Assembly: GCA_004552515.1 (NCBI GenBank)
Contig: SFOF01000002.1
Coordinates: forward strand, 1-59,733
Reading direction: 5' to 3'
Source of the DNA: Clostridiales bacterium
Lineage (GTDB): Bacteria > Bacillota > Clostridia > Christensenellales > Aristaeellaceae
DNA: 59,733 bases
In this document: positions 1 through 7,658 of the stretch, one piece after another
Layout: every line of letters starts with the position of its first letter
Numbering within the stretch: the first letter of the stretch is position 1
Program-made: the position numbers and the translations under genes
Notes under the pieces: model-generated
Database searches by the model: none
What the model was told of the DNA's origin: nothing
What the model saw: the letters and a program-made list of their open reading frames with translations, nothing else

Positions 1-142
1 GAGCCGCGCGTTCCGTGCGAAAAAGCGCCTCTCTATAGGATGTAAAACATTGGTTAAACGGCTTTTTTTGCAGGATTTTTCGCCCGTGTGTAGAAAAAAT
101 ACAAGTAATATTGAAACTGCTATGAGAAGGCTTAGTTGTCTG

Positions 143-2095
143 ATGGACCTGAAAATCGCTTCCCACGCGGGATTTTGCTTCGGCGTTCGCCGCGCCGTCG
201 AAACGACGCAGGCGCTGCTTCGATCCGGCGAGGCTGTCTATACGCTGGGGCCGATTATTCACAATCCGCAGGTGGTCGCCTCCCTCGAGGCGGAGGGCGC
301 GCGCGTCGCGTCGTCTCCCCTGGATGTGCCTTCGGGCGCGACGGCGGTCATCCGCGCGCACGGCGTAGGCCGCGAAACAGTTGAAATATTAAACGGGCGG
401 GGAATTCGCGTTGTGGACGCGGCCTGTCCGTTCGTCAAGCGGATCCATGAGCTGGCCGATCAGGCGGCGGCGTCCGGCAGGGACGTGCTGGTGATCGGCG
501 ACGGCGCTCATCCCGAGGTGCAGGGCATTCTCGGCTGGGCGCGGGGGCGCGGCCGCGCAATCGGCAGCGAGGAGGACGTCAAGGCGCTTGAGCTGGATCG
601 TTCCGCGCTGGTGGTGGCGCAGACCACCATCCCGCAGTCGCTCTTTGAGAGGCTGTGCGCGCTTCTTCGGCAGAAGGGGCAGCCGCTCGAGATCCGCAAC
701 ACCATCTGCCGGGCCACGGCCATCCGCCAGGAGGAGGCGGCGCGCATCGCCGCAGCCGTGGACGTCATGCTGGTGATCGGCGGAAAGAACAGCTCAAACA
801 CGCGCAAGCTGTACGAGCTGTGCCGCAGGCTCTGCCCGCGGACATACCTGGCGGAAACCGCCCGCGAGCTGGAAAATATTCCCCTGAGCGCGGCGGATCA
901 TATCGGTATTACAGCCGGCGCTTCCACGTCGGTTGGTACATTTAAGGAGGTTGTTGCACGAATGAGCGACATCAAGAATCAGGAACAGGCAGAACTTCAG
1001 GAAACCATGACCGACTCCGATTTCATGGCGGACGTCGAAAAGACGATGGTCCAGCTTCACCCGGGTCAGACCGTCACCGGCAAGGTTCTTCAGATCACCG
1101 ATGACGAAGTGTGCGTGAACGTGGGCTACAAGTCTGATGGTCTGGTCAAGAAGTGCGACCTGTCCACCCCCGATGTCAAGGTCGGAGACGAAATCGAAGT
1201 CGAGGTCGTCAAGGTTAACGATGGCGATGGCAATGTGCTTCTGTCCCAGCGCAATATTGTCAACCGCAAGGTTTGGGACGCCATCGTCGCCGCTTATGAC
1301 GCCGGCGAGATCGTCAAGGGCGTTGGCAAGGAATCTGTAAAGGGCGGTCTGATTGCCGATGTCATGGGCATTCGTGCTTTCATTCCCGCCTCTCTGCTGT
1401 CCCTGCGCTATGTCGAGAAGATCGACGAGTTCGTGGGCCAGGAGATGGATCTCAAGATCATCGAGATCGACAAGAGCAAGAAGCGCGTCGTCGCTTCCCG
1501 CAAGGCCGTGCTGCAGGCCGAGGAAGAGAAGAAGAAGGCCGAGGCCTGGGACAAGCTGGTTGAGGGCGAGGTCGTCAAGGGCGTCGTTCGCCGCCTGACC
1601 AACTTCGGCGCGTTCGTCGATATCGGCGGCGTGGACGGTCTGGTTCATGTGTCCGATCTGGCCTGGAAGCGCGTCGGCCATCCCTCCGAGGTTGTTTCCG
1701 TCGGTCAGGAAATCGACGTGAAGATCATCAAGCTGGACAAGGAGCGCGATCGCATCTCCCTGAGCCTGAAGGCCACCCAGCCCAAGCTGTGGGACATCGC
1801 CGGCGAGAAGTACGTTCCCGGCAGCATCGTGACCGGCAAGGTCGTCCGCATCGTGCCCTACGGCGCGTTCGTCGAGCTGGAGCCCGGCCTGGACGGCATG
1901 GTTCACATTTCCCAGTGCGCGCCCACCCGTATCGCGAAGGTTGAGGACGCCGTTAAGGTTGGCGACGAGATCCGCGTCAAGATCCTCAGCGTCGATACCG
2001 AGAACAAGCGCATCAGCCTGAGCATCCGCGAGGCGCTGGCCGACGACGCTCTGGAGAACGTCGAGGGCGACGAGTTCGCGATCCCCGAGGCTTAA
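143..2095 (+). CDS. ispH: 4-hydroxy-3-methylbut-2-enyl diphosphate reductase (IspH/LytB) fused to four S1 RNA-binding repeats
   Basis: In ORF 50..2095 the N-terminal half has IspH hallmarks (HAGFCFGVRRAV, ACPFVKRIH, NTICRAT). The C-terminal half has four S1/OB repeats (e.g. GEVVKGVVRRLTNFGAFVDIGGVDGLVHVSDL). I moved the start to ATG 143 (MDLKIASHAGFCFGV); TTG 50 is the alternative. Confidence 0.9.
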   Translation: MDLKIASHAGFCFGVRRAVETTQALLRSGEAVYTLGPIIHNPQVVASLEAEGARVASSPLDVPSGATAVIRAHGVGRETVEILNGRGIRVVDAACPFVKRIHELADQAAASGRDVLVIGDGAHPEVQGILGWARGRGRAIGSEEDVKALELDRSALVVAQTTIPQSLFERLCALLRQKGQPLEIRNTICRATAIRQEEAARIAAAVDVMLVIGGKNSSNTRKLYELCRRLCPRTYLAETARELENIPLSAADHIGITAGASTSVGTFKEVVARMSDIKNQEQAELQETMTDSDFMADVEKTMVQLHPGQTVTGKVLQITDDEVCVNVGYKSDGLVKKCDLSTPDVKVGDEIEVEVVKVNDGDGNVLLSQRNIVNRKVWDAIVAAYDAGEIVKGVGKESVKGGLIADVMGIRAFIPASLLSLRYVEKIDEFVGQEMDLKIIEIDKSKKRVVASRKAVLQAEEEKKKAEAWDKLVEGEVVKGVVRRLTNFGAFVDIGGVDGLVHVSDLAWKRVGHPSEVVSVGQEIDVKIIKLDKERDRISLSLKATQPKLWDIAGEKYVPGSIVTGKVVRIVPYGAFVELEPGLDGMVHISQCAPTRIAKVEDAVKVGDEIRVKILSVDTENKRISLSIREALADDALENVEGDEFAIPEA

Positions 2096-2110
2096 TCGAA
2101 TCATTTTCTT

Positions 2111-2144
2111 CATCCGGTCGTCATGGCGGCGGCCGGATGTTTTT
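2111..2144 (+). terminator. Rho-independent terminator after ispH-S1
   Basis: The stem is catccgg (2111-2117) paired with ccggatg (2133-2139), followed by TTTTT. Confidence 0.55.
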
Positions 2145-2230
2145 ATGCGTTCGAGAGGACGAGGCACCGCACGATCGCTTCCTTAATATATAATATCAGA
2201 GCCATTTTTATAGAGAGCGCGAAAAACAGC

Positions 2231-2259
2231 TTGCGCGGCGCTGAAAATTCCTATATAAT
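2231..2259 (+). promoter_or_regulatory. Sigma-A type promoter, TTGCGC-N17-TATAAT
   Basis: ttgcgc lies at 2231-2236 and tataat at 2254-2259 with a 17-nt spacer, about 50 nt upstream of ATG 2310. Confidence 0.5.
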
Positions 2260-2309
2260 GAATGAAGCGTGCGGATTAAAGCGCTAAAAATCATTGATTG
2301 GATGATCGT

Positions 2310-3359
2310 ATGCCTAAGAAAGCAAAGCGCGGCGCCATTGACCGGAAAGCCGCTGTATTTATGCGCGTTTATATAGCGGCTCTGCTGCTTTTTTCCATAT
2401 GGATTATACTGGATCAGTTTGTCATTCCCCATGATTATATGGAAATGCAGCAGGCTGTGTTTGTGGAATGGACGGCGACGATCGAGCCGTCTCCCACGCC
2501 GGAGCCGGCGACGCCGACGCCCGAGGCCGCGTCAACCGCGACGGCCTCGCCCACGCCGACGGCTTCCCCCACCCCCACGCCGACGCCCACGCCGGCCCCG
2601 ACGTTCGGCCTGTCGAAAAACTGCTATGTCAACGGCGGCGTGCGGATCGAGATTGAGAAGGAATCGATCGAGGTGGACGGCGGCTGGGTGACCGTGACGA
2701 CGGCCGACGTGAGACTGGACAGCGTTTCAAGGCTAAAGACCGCCTTTGCGCGCGGTGTTTTCTCGACGAGAACGTCAAAGCCCAGCACCATGGCGCGGGA
2801 AAACAACGCGATCTTCGCCGTCAACGGCGACTATTGCGGCGCGCGGGATTACGGCTATGTCGTGCGCAACGGTGTGCTGTATCGCGATAAGGTGGATCGG
2901 GGCGCGCCGCTGGGCTGCATCTGGCCGGACGGCCGCATGACGGTCGTCGAGGATCAGCAGACGGTGGATATTGAAGAGATGGTCGAGCAGGGCGTCTGGC
3001 AGGTCTTTTCCTTCGGGCCGATTCTGATCGACAACGGCGAGATATACCGGGACAAAACCTTCTGGATGAATCACTACGATCATCACAATCCGCGCACGGC
3101 GATCGGCATGATCGAGCCGAATCACTATCTGCTGCTGGTGGCGGACGGCCGCAGCAAATACGGCATCGGCATGACCATCGGCGAAATGGCGGAATATATG
3201 CTGAACAAGGGCGTGACGGTCGCCTACAATCTGGACGGCGGCGGCTCCACGACCATGTATTTTAACGACAGGGTGATCAATCACCCCTGCGCGAATCGAG
3301 ACGTCATTGAGGAGCGCTCCGTGACCGACATACTGTACATCGAGGGAGAAACTGACTGA
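2310..3359 (+). CDS. Phosphodiester glycosidase family (DUF2233/NAGPA-like) protein with N-terminal TM anchor and Pro/Thr-rich linker
   Basis: Family motifs are NAIFAVNGDYCG and AYNLDGGGSTTMYF. The hydrophobic segment is AVFMRVYIAALLLFSIWIILDQF and the PT linker is SPTPEPATPTPE...PTPTPTPAPT. I chose the ATG at 2310 within ORF 2298..3359. Confidence 0.7.
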   Translation: MPKKAKRGAIDRKAAVFMRVYIAALLLFSIWIILDQFVIPHDYMEMQQAVFVEWTATIEPSPTPEPATPTPEAASTATASPTPTASPTPTPTPTPAPTFGLSKNCYVNGGVRIEIEKESIEVDGGWVTVTTADVRLDSVSRLKTAFARGVFSTRTSKPSTMARENNAIFAVNGDYCGARDYGYVVRNGVLYRDKVDRGAPLGCIWPDGRMTVVEDQQTVDIEEMVEQGVWQVFSFGPILIDNGEIYRDKTFWMNHYDHHNPRTAIGMIEPNHYLLLVADGRSKYGIGMTIGEMAEYMLNKGVTVAYNLDGGGSTTMYFNDRVINHPCANRDVIEERSVTDILYIEGETD

Positions 3360-3748
3360 TGAAGAAGAAAGTGCGCCGCGCGAAAGGCCCGGGAATCTGG
3401 CTGATCGTCGGCCTTGCGAGCACGGTCGTCGCCGTCGTTTACGAAATGCTGAGCCACGGCGTTATGGCGGCGGGAATGATTCTCATGCCGGCGTGGCCGC
3501 TGGGCTGCGCCGCGGCGCTCTTTGCGTCCGACAGACTGCGCCTGTATCATCGCGCCGGCGGCTGGCCGAGGATGCTGGGGCAGTGCGCCGCGGCGACCGG
3601 ACAGCTGGGATGCTTCATTTCGGGCGTTAAAAAGATTTACGGCGTGCGTAACGCCTATGGGCCGGTCTTTTTCCTGCTGTTCGCCGCGCTGGCCGCAACG
3701 GCGATCGTCCTCTGGGCGATGGATTCGGAAAAGCCTGTCCGCGCCTGA
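3359..3748 (+). CDS. Small multi-pass membrane protein, unknown function
   Basis: This 129-aa ORF has about four hydrophobic segments. Its start overlaps the upstream stop (TGATG), suggesting co-translation. Confidence 0.5.
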   Translation: MKKKVRRAKGPGIWLIVGLASTVVAVVYEMLSHGVMAAGMILMPAWPLGCAAALFASDRLRLYHRAGGWPRMLGQCAAATGQLGCFISGVKKIYGVRNAYGPVFFLLFAALAATAIVLWAMDSEKPVRA

Positions 3749-3749
3749 G

Positions 3750-3936
3750 TGTGAATAAACCGCGAGTTATCCACATTATCCACAGCCTTCTTGTGAATAA
3801 CTGTGGATAACTCGTGTAAAAGCCGCCTGCAATCGCGCTGAAAGCCCGTTTATACGACGAAAAACGCCGCTTCCGCCGGAGATTATCTCCGAGGGGAGCG
3901 GCGTTTTGCACAGAATTTCGGGGAGGCTGTGGATAA
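3750..3936. promoter_or_regulatory. DnaA-box cluster (4 perfect and 2 one-mismatch 9-mers)
   Basis: TTATCCACA occurs at 3767-3775 and 3776-3784. TGTGGATAA occurs at 3802-3810 and 3928-3936. TGTGAATAA occurs at 3750-3758 and 3792-3800. All lie in the non-coding gap between two convergent genes. Confidence 0.8.
3861..3907. terminator. Bidirectional hairpin terminator between the membrane-protein gene and tsaD
   Basis: aaaacgccgct (3861-3871) pairs with agcggcgtttt (3897-3907). A/T runs on both sides allow it to work on either strand. Confidence 0.55.
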
Positions 3937-3942
3937 CCCGTC

Positions 3943-5007
3943 TCATTCCGCGATCAGCCCGAGCGACGGCACGGCGTTGAGCGTGAGATCGGCCACATGG
4001 CCGCGCATGAGCTGATAAAACGCCGCGCTGCCGATCATGGCGGCGTTGTCGGTGCAGAGTATGGCGGGCGGCATGAATACGGTCAGGCCGGCCTTTTCGC
4101 CGCGGCGCTGCATCTCGCGGCGCAGCAGACGGTTGCTCGCCACGCCGCCGGCCAGCGCGACCTTTTTAAGCCCCGCGTCCCGGCAGGCGCGCACGGTCTT
4201 TTCGGCCAGCGAATCGACCACGGCGCGGCGGAAGGACGCGGCGAAGTTGGCGGCGTTGATTTCCTCGCCCTGCTGGCGGAGCTTATGCGCCTGATTGATG
4301 ACGGCGGTTTTCAGCCCGCTGAACGAGAAATCATACGCGCCGTGGGTCACGACCTTGGGAAACACATAGGCGTGGTCGTCGCCGTCCTCGGCCAGCTTGT
4401 CCAGCAGCGGCCCGCCCGGATAGGGAATATCCAGCACGCGCGCCACCTTGTCGAACGCTTCGCCGGCCGCGTCGTCGGTGGTGCCGCCGAGTATGGTATA
4501 TTCGCCGTAATCGTCCACGCGCACGATGTGGCTGTGCCCGCCGGAGGCCACCAGACACACGAACGGCGGGGTCAGCTCGGGCGAGGCGATGTAGTTGGCG
4601 CTGACGTGTCCCTCAATGTGATTGACGGGGATCAGCGGCAGCTGCCGCGCATAGGCGAACGCCTTCGCCCACGCCACGCCGGTCAGCAGCGCGCCCACCA
4701 GACCCGGCCCGAACGTTACGCCCACCGCGTCGATGTCGTCCATGGTATAGCCGCCCTGCTCGAGCGTCTGATCCAGCAGCGGGTCGAGCGCATCGACGTG
4801 CATCCGCGAGGCGATTTCCGGCACCACGCCGCCATAGAGCGCATGCATGTCGATCTGCGAGGCGATGACGCTCGATTTCAGCACGCGGCCGTCCTCGACG
4901 ACGGCCATGGCGGTTTCGTCGCAGCTGGACTCCACGGCCAGTATGCGGGCGTGTCCGGCCCTTCTGAGTGCTTCGGCCTTTTCGCGGGCCAGTGTTTCAT
5001 AGCTCAT
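3943..5007 (-). CDS. tsaD: tRNA N6-adenosine threonylcarbamoyltransferase TsaD (Gcp/Kae1 family)
   Basis: The 354-aa product carries ILAVESSCDETAMAVV, NHIEGHV, SGGHSHI and a Kae1/TsaD-like C-terminus. Confidence 0.95.
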   Translation of the reverse strand: MSYETLAREKAEALRRAGHARILAVESSCDETAMAVVEDGRVLKSSVIASQIDMHALYGGVVPEIASRMHVDALDPLLDQTLEQGGYTMDDIDAVGVTFGPGLVGALLTGVAWAKAFAYARQLPLIPVNHIEGHVSANYIASPELTPPFVCLVASGGHSHIVRVDDYGEYTILGGTTDDAAGEAFDKVARVLDIPYPGGPLLDKLAEDGDDHAYVFPKVVTHGAYDFSFSGLKTAVINQAHKLRQQGEEINAANFAASFRRAVVDSLAEKTVRACRDAGLKKVALAGGVASNRLLRREMQRRGEKAGLTVFMPPAILCTDNAAMIGSAAFYQLMRGHVADLTLNAVPSLGLIAE

Positions 5008-5094
5008 GTTATCCTCCCGTCCGGCGCGGAAAACGCCGGAATTTCCTGTATGAAGGCCGTCGTCAGGCGGTCAAATGTGTTGGGACGTATTATT

Positions 5095-5546
5095 ATTTCA
5101 ATCCACGCTCCCCCATGATGGGGTGTGACGAATTGAGATTGATGCTTATTTCAATGCCCTCCGTAAAGAGTGTGACGGAGTGGACTGAGATGGACGCTGG
5201 GGTCATTGTGATTTCAATCCACGCTCCGCGCGGGAAGAGGGCGGCTGTCTGGAGCGCTGAAATGCGATTTCAGAGGATTTCAATCCGCGCTCCCCGTGAA
5301 GCGCATAGCCATATACAGCCAGGGCTTTCACAAAAGCGGCGCGCTCATCCGGCGTTTGGCGGATAGGCTTCCCGCGCGAAAGGGTTAGGCGCGTTTCATC
5401 CGTGCTCCATGCATCCCCTCGCCGCGCGGCTTACGCACAGCCGTGCCTTCCCGAACGCCGTATCCGCCCGGCAAATGGGCTTTCAATGCACAAAGCAAGT
5501 AACGCGCAATCCCATCCGCGCTCTCCGTGTCGCAGCCCCTGCATAC
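5095..5546 (-). CRISPR. Degenerate (decaying) orphan CRISPR array of the GTCGC...GTGGATTGAAAT repeat class
   Basis: The best-preserved repeat units start at 5095 (atttcaatccacgctcccccatgatggggtgtgac), 5148, 5211 (atttcaatccacgctccgcgcggg...) and 5277 (atttcaatccgcgctccccgtgaagcgc...). Their spacing is 53, 63 and 66 bp. Weaker copies lie near 5393, 5480 and 5518. The units diverge from each other and no cas genes are in the window. I assigned the strand by analogy to the usual written orientation of this repeat family. Confidence 0.55.
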
Positions 5547-5551
5547 GGCGT

Positions 5552-6244
5552 TTACCGCCTTGCGCGCCGGATTTTCCCCAGCACAGCCAGCGCCGCCGCG
5601 GCCAGCGCGAAAAACAGCAGCGCGAACAGCGCCGCGCTGACCGTGCCCTGAAGCGCCATGCCCGCGAAAAATTCCTCGGGCAGCATCCGAATCATCGCGT
5701 CGGTCGCGGGATCGAGCAGCCACAGATCGTTGCTGAAGGCCAGATGATGAAACGCGATAAACACGCGCGAAAATCCGACGAGCTTTATAGTCAGCGCGCC
5801 CGATGCGGCCATGAGCGCGATCAGACCCGCCGACACAGCCGCGCTTAAACCGGCGCGCCCGCCCGTCAGAGCGGCGGCGATCAGCAGCAGCGCCGTCAGG
5901 GCGATCAGCGCGCGCCGAACGGCAAAGCCGATCTCGAACAGCCGGCGCACATCCTTCATATGCTCAAGCTCGCGCGCGTTGAACGCGCAATCGACTGGCT
6001 CGCCAAGGAGCGTCACGCGGCGCTCGAGCGAATCGATATCCCCGCGCAGATAACCGGCCAGATCCTGATCGATCAGCGCCTGCTCCTCGCGGGAAACGCC
6101 TGCGTCCTCATAGACGTTCAGCTGATCTTGAAGGGCAATATAGCGCGCGGGATCGAGGAACACCCGCTCAAGGCCGGTCAGCGCGCCGATGAAAAACGCG
6201 CCGATCAGCGCCAGCGCGCCCAGCAGAACAGTTAATCGCTTCAC
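5552..6244 (-). CDS. TIGR01906/DUF1461-like integral membrane protein
   Basis: The 230-aa product has an N-terminal TM, a soluble segment (YIALQDQLNVYEDAGVS...AFNARELEHMKDVRRLF) and then three or four TMs. The start is GTG with GGAGA 6 nt upstream. I assigned the family from memory of this architecture. Confidence 0.55.
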   Translation of the reverse strand: MKRLTVLLGALALIGAFFIGALTGLERVFLDPARYIALQDQLNVYEDAGVSREEQALIDQDLAGYLRGDIDSLERRVTLLGEPVDCAFNARELEHMKDVRRLFEIGFAVRRALIALTALLLIAAALTGGRAGLSAAVSAGLIALMAASGALTIKLVGFSRVFIAFHHLAFSNDLWLLDPATDAMIRMLPEEFFAGMALQGTVSAALFALLFFALAAAALAVLGKIRRARR

Positions 6245-6483
6245 AACTCATCTCCATGCCGCGCGACGAAAGGCCGTCCGTCCTCCCGGCAGGCGAACGG
6301 ACGGCGCAGGTCTATTTTTGATGAGAGCGCGGTTCAGCGTCAAAGGCGCTTTCTACAGCTCGGGCGACGCGCATTTCCGGAAAAAACGGCGTCCGGGGAA
6401 CGCTCGTCCGGCAAGGGAATTTTCTCATATTCCGAGCCTTTGAAATATCCTCGGGAAGGCTCGTCTCGCACCGGCTGTTTTTA

Positions 6484-7581
6484 TCAGAGCTTTTGCAGAT
6501 AGGCGGTCACGAAGCCCTCGAGATCGCCGTCCATCACGGCGGAGATGTCGCCGGTTTCGTAGCCGGTGCGGTGATCCTTGACCATGGTGTAGGGCTGGAA
6601 GACGTAGGAGCGGATCTGGCTGCCCCATTCGATTTTCTTCATTTCGCCCTTCACGTCGCTCATCTGCTCCTGCCGCTCCTTCTCGTGCAGCTCGGCCAGC
6701 TTGGCGCGCAGCATCATCATACAGGTTTCGCGGTTCTGGATCTGGCTGCGCTCGTTCTGGCACTGCACGACGATGCCGGTGGGCAGGTGGGTCATGCGCA
6801 CGGCTGAGTCGGTTCGGTTGACGTGCTGTCCGCCCTTGCCGGAGGCGCGATAGGTGTCGATGCGCAGATCCTCGGTGCGGATCTCCATCGCGCCGTTGTC
6901 CTCAATGATGGGCGCGACGTCCAGCGAGGCGAACGACGTGTGGCGGCGGGCGTTCGCGTCAAAGGGCGAAATGCGCACCAGCCGGTGAACGCCGCGCTCG
7001 GATTTCAAAAAGCCGTAGGCATACTCGCCCTTGACCTCGAACGTGACCGACTTGATGCCGGCCTCGTCGCCGTCGAGCAGATCCAGCTCGCGCACGGCAA
7101 AGCCCATGCGCTCGGCGAAGCGGGTGTACATGCGATAGAGCATCTGCGTCCAGTCCTGCGCCTCGGTTCCGCCCGCGCCGGCGTGCAGCGCGAGGATGCA
7201 GTCATTGCTGTCGTATTCGTCGCGCAAAAGCGTGGTCAGGCGCAGCTGCTCCAGCTCCGCTTTAATCGACGCAAACTCCGCGGCGATTTCCTGCGCCATG
7301 CTCTCGTCGTCGGCCTCCTCGGCCAGCTCCATCATGGCTTCAATGTCGTCGGCGCGGCTGTTCAGCGATTTATAGTGCTGAAGGCGCGCCTCCACGCCGT
7401 GCGCCTTCTGGTTGATCTTCTGGGCGTGCTCCATGTCGTCCCAGAAGCCGTTCGAGGCCATGTCCTCCTGATATTCGATGAGCTGCTCCTTGAGACGCTC
7501 GATATCCAGCGCCTGGCCCAGCTCTTCAATAGAAGCGCGCACGGCCGCGAGATCCTGCTTAAATTGTTCCATTTCCAGCAT
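6484..7581 (-). CDS. prfB: Peptide chain release factor 2, encoded in one continuous frame
   Basis: The SPF motif (RISPFDANARRHTSF) and GGQ motif (RASGKGGQHVNRTDSAV) are both present. The start is uncertain (ATG 7581 or 7572, or TTG 7602). Confidence 0.93.
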   Translation of the reverse strand: MLEMEQFKQDLAAVRASIEELGQALDIERLKEQLIEYQEDMASNGFWDDMEHAQKINQKAHGVEARLQHYKSLNSRADDIEAMMELAEEADDESMAQEIAAEFASIKAELEQLRLTTLLRDEYDSNDCILALHAGAGGTEAQDWTQMLYRMYTRFAERMGFAVRELDLLDGDEAGIKSVTFEVKGEYAYGFLKSERGVHRLVRISPFDANARRHTSFASLDVAPIIEDNGAMEIRTEDLRIDTYRASGKGGQHVNRTDSAVRMTHLPTGIVVQCQNERSQIQNRETCMMMLRAKLAELHEKERQEQMSDVKGEMKKIEWGSQIRSYVFQPYTMVKDHRTGYETGDISAVMDGDLEGFVTAYLQKL

Positions 7582-7658
7582 ATGTTCAAACACACCTTTC
7601 AAAGCTGTCGGTTTTATTCTTTACTGTCGCGGGGCATTATGGCCGGAAACGGAGGGGT

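Noticed and set aside
3750-3936. The DnaA-box cluster as the chromosomal origin (oriC).
   Set aside because: There is no dnaA, dnaN or rpmH nearby and I saw no obvious AT-rich unwinding element. The cluster sits between convergent 3' ends and contains a terminator hairpin. A secondary DnaA-box cluster is more parsimonious, but the whole genome is needed to be sure.
4968-5366. A 132-aa plus-strand ORF with a repeated ISIHAP peptide.
   Set aside because: The peptide repeat is just the translation of the CRISPR-like DNA repeats (atttcaatccacgctcc). There is no RBS and no coding-like composition.
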